The position numbers were made by a program, and so were the translations under genes. From Stylophora pistillata (lineage: Eukaryota), in assembly GCF_002571385.2 (NCBI RefSeq), contig NW_019217784.1:541613-605612 (forward strand): DNA of 64,000 nt, in the 5' to 3' direction. This document shows positions 60,203 to 64,000 of the stretch, one piece after another (the stretch's first letter is position 1; the number at the start of each line of letters is the position of its first letter). Below the pieces are notes generated by a model, which was given only the letters and a program-made list of their open reading frames with translations, was not told where the DNA came from and did no database searches.

Positions 60203-62118
60203 TTTACACTTCAAAACTGCACAAATATTTTTTTGAAACAGGACAAGGTGGTGTTAAAGTTTCTCTGTAAAAAAATGTAATAATCATTGTGAGGCAATGA
60301 AATTCATTCAGTTTTAATAGTGAGAGTTTATTGAGCTAGACTTCCACATAACCCCATTAAGTGTAAATAGTGCTTTTCACATGCACTGATTGGCTTGTTC
60401 CAAAGTTATTGGGTGCCTGGTTGCCAAGCTTTTGAGCAGAAGTGAGGCTTGGGGTGACCTTGTTATAATACAACTGTTGCTGCATTTCAAATGTAAATTA
60501 CTTTGTTATCATGCTAACTAGATACTGGTCTCTATCACAACAAAGTCACCTTTAGTGCCACTCCAAATCAAAAGCTTGGAAACTAAGTATACAAATGTAA
60601 AATGGCCTACTCACTTCCAAGGAGGCGAAGAGACAAAGTCGTGCGTCAACAATTGAATTTCCAACCATTTTTTGATAGATTGACAAAGCTAAACTATTTT
60701 TTGGTTTCTGCGTGTGTAGGGTCTTAGCGTGCGGAATGTTTTTTTGTTTTGTTTTTCTCATTCAATCAATCATTAGGGTGTCTCTTTGTGTTGTCACTGT
60801 TTCTCGTCGTTCGTTAGTATTTTTTCGCTGTTTCTGTGTCATGTATTTTTGTTCATTAATTTCTTTCATAATATCGGCGTTAATTACACTTTAAGTTAGC
60901 TAGTCATTTTTGCATATATAACTTAGTCTTTCTCAGTTCAGAGCTTTAGTCTTCCATTAGCCATACAGTAGTTCGCTTTGAGCAGTTACTCCAGTTTATC
61001 CTTATTTCGCCTTCAGGCAGTTTATATTCGTCCAGCAATTTCTTAGAAATCGTAACAATGTAAGTATTGTCATTTCAAGTTCGTTCAGTGTATTTCTTTC
61101 CTGACACTTTTACTAGTCAATTGTTGTAATTTCGTATTCATTTATTGTTTTAAGTTTCAACCCACACACCGTCAAAATCATTCGTACCGAATAAGTCGTC
61201 TTTATCATCATGGTGTTCTGATGTTACAATCACTCCAGTTACAGTGTGGTATATTTACCTCGCCGCTTCTCAATTCGGCAAATATGCACCACCAAACACC
61301 TTCACTTCGGTGAATAATTGTTAAGTATACAGTTATAGGTAAAATAGGGAAGTGCACTGAAGCCTAAGAAAAAACATGTACGATAAATGTAAAGCCTTGG
61401 TCAAACGGCGCATGATAGTCGATGATAGTTGATTCTCTTCAAACTATCACCAACTATCACCAACTATCATTTGCATGGTCAAACAGCCAAAAAAGTTCGN
61501 AGAGAAGTTTCGATCGGAAGAGTGTAACAAGAAGCATTACGGGACCCATAGCTATCTCTAGCTCTATATCACGCAATCGCCATCTTGGATTAAAATTAGC
61601 GTGTGAGCTGGGCATGAGGAGTGAGAGTTTGAGGCGCGTGACGTCAGTTACGGTCGATCTAATAGTGGGGAATGTTCCATCCATAACTTAACATGTTGAT
61701 AACATAATATCTTTAAAGCTCTGTTTATTAATCAAAGTTTCGTTAGAGCTACCTCATGGTCGTTGAAGAGTAATAAAGTAGATGTCAAATGGTGAGAATT
61801 TTAACCATCTCCTTCTAATATGGCGTGACGTGCCCTGAAATGACCAGTTGTTTATTAACTTAAAAGGCGTAAGCTGGAGCACTATGCATGAGGTTTCGAG
61901 ACAATATTTCTTTAAAGTAAGATAAAAACCGAACAGTTAAAAAAATAATGATGCTGTAAATTCAATCTTTGCCCTAGCAAGTAATTAAATTCAACCGCGC
62001 GTTAAATGCGTAATAAGATTCACGCAGCCAAACCAGAAGCGAAATAGAAATGAATAAAGGCTGATAGTTTCTAAAGAAACTGTTTGCGGCTGCGTCGGTG
62101 GGGGTAACGAAATAACTT

Positions 62119-62316
62119 GAATATATCAACAAAGTTGAAATGGTAAATTGGCCACCGTTACGATTATAAAAGCTGACGTTTCGAGCTTTAGCCCTTCGTC
62201 GGAGCGAGTGACGAAGGACGAAGGGCTTCGCTCCGACGAAGGGCTAACGTTCGAAACATCAGCTTTTATAATCGTAACGGTGGCCAATTTACCATTTCAA
62301 CTTTTTTGATATATTC
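62119..62316. repeat. Inverted pair of Penelope-type terminal repeats, each with a minimal hammerhead-like motif
   Basis: 89-bp arms (62119-62207, 62228-62316) around a 20-nt spacer. Each arm carries CTCCGACGAAGGGCTAA.G.TCGAAAC.TCAG. Confidence 0.7.
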
Positions 62317-64000
62317 AGAAGCGAAATAGCTCACAAGGTAAATTAAGAGACAAAAAGAAAAGTTAAAAAAGCAATGAAATCTGTAAAACCTCAAAACATG
62401 GTAAATCAACGGCTTAATTTTTGTCAAATATATCCAAGTGGCAGCAAAACAGATAACGAAACCAGTCTCTTTAAGGCACTGAACTGCTGCCAATCTATTT
62501 CTGTGAAAATTTTTTCATTAATTCGGCTCTTTCACTCGGGGGATACACGAAACAGATCTAGATAATTCAATATTTCTAGGAGTAAAGCACTCATACAGAC
62601 AAAATTCATTTATTTCTTAGTGCGGAACAATGTATTTCTTACAATAACCAGATATAAATTTTTTGCTTTGTTCTATTTTGTTCAGTCTTTTTTCCGAGGG
62701 TCACATGTGGATACTAAGAGCTACCCTCAATAAAGAAAGAAGATAATCAGAATTCTATTTTAAAATTATAGTTAGTATACAGAGGGCAAAGCAGGGGAAC
62801 TGAAAACGAGCCCACTGGCCGTAAATAGCCAAGAAAACTCACAGGATTCAAAGCAACAAAACACGTGAGTGTATGAGGCAATGTGGTGTTAAGGAAAGCA
62901 TAGCTAGTTCAGATTTTGAGGTAAAGAATGCATCAAATAATACTTTATTTACCGATATCGTAGGTGCAAATAGGCTAAAAAGGAGGGTGTGTTAGCCACT
63001 GATATTGATCTAGAAGAACTTTTCAGATCTGATTCTCCTAATCTTAAGTTGAGCATGTTCAGAACACGAGCGAACATAGAGTCGCGAGAGATTTATCGAA
63101 AGTGAACACAAGCATTTGCATCGCATTTCCTCGAAACAAACAATATCGATAAATATGAAAATAGAACGGTTGAGGAGAAACATTAATTACATCAGGTACT
63201 ACCTTGCAATTTTACGGTTCATTCTGTGAGCATGCGCGAGCGAGAAGTCGATCAGATGTGTACTGAGGTTAGAGCTCACAGTTTGAGGTGTAGAATTATT
63301 ATCGTTTTCTAAAGCCGTTCTATTTCTCACGTACATTTATCTCATCTTTTAGAGCTATAGGACTTAGTCCCAAATAGGGTCAGCTATTACATGAAGGTCT
63401 TCTTTAGCGTAGTCTGGAAAGAGTCATCTACATGGCTACTTCTAAATATCAAATTACTGAATTGATGATTTATATTTCAAGAAACTGTCAGTTTAGGTAA
63501 AATTAGTGAAAGGACTGTAAAGTGAATATATTTGGATACCTGCCAAATGGTTTACCAGTCTGAAAATTATTCACGATCAAGGGAATATGAACTAAAAGAT
63601 CTAGAATTACACGACTTAACGTTGAAATAATGAAGTTTGAAAGAATTTTTAAATCGTGTGAAGGTTAATAACAAGCTGCAATTTTGATAGTAAAAAACAT
63701 GTCTGATATCCTTTCAGATCGAATCAGGAGAAATCCCTTCCCTAAAAAGATTCGGTAATATGCCCCTTAATGGGTAACAATCAACTTCTGTTCATGGAGG
63801 TACCTCTCACCCCCATCCCATCTTAAAAAGGAGAGTAAAAGTCTAGAGAAAGCAAATCGGATAATTAGCAAAACAACTATTTCATTATTCAATTGAGGAA
63901 AATAAAGCATCCCGTTTCATATCTCTGGTTTTCTGAAATATTCATCATTTTATTGAATAAAACGTTTACATTTTTTTCACGATAATACTAAACAATACAG

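Overview
Eukaryotic, intron-rich, AT-rich animal DNA, most likely a stony coral or other anthozoan (inferred from repeat and gene content). It is a draft assembly with two N-runs and seven single-N joins, at least one of which visibly hides missing sequence. Host genes: a 3-exon CTHRC1-like gene (-); a displaced RECQL4 C-terminal segment (+); a spliced L-ectoine synthase (EctC)-like cupin gene (-); a 2-exon orphan class A GPCR (-); two tandem fungal Lys1-type saccharopine dehydrogenase paralogues with matching 12-exon layouts (+; one exon of copy A is not visible); a Mab21/cGAS-like receptor (cGLR) pseudogene (-); and a lone CCR4/Angel/PDE12-type exon (-). The right half is dominated by a decayed Helentron-type Helitron (OTU protease, Rep remnants, PIF1 helicase, AP-endonuclease, RPA-like OB gene). 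It carries nested BEL/Pao, Gypsy, LINE and DNA-element insertions. Most notable: an animal gene resembling bacterial ectoine synthase; two Lys1 paralogues that differ at the residue deciding NAD versus NADP use (WD versus WTR); a cGLR relic fused to the Helentron; and an inverted pair of Penelope-type hammerhead motifs. All homology calls are from motif recognition by eye, not from database searches.
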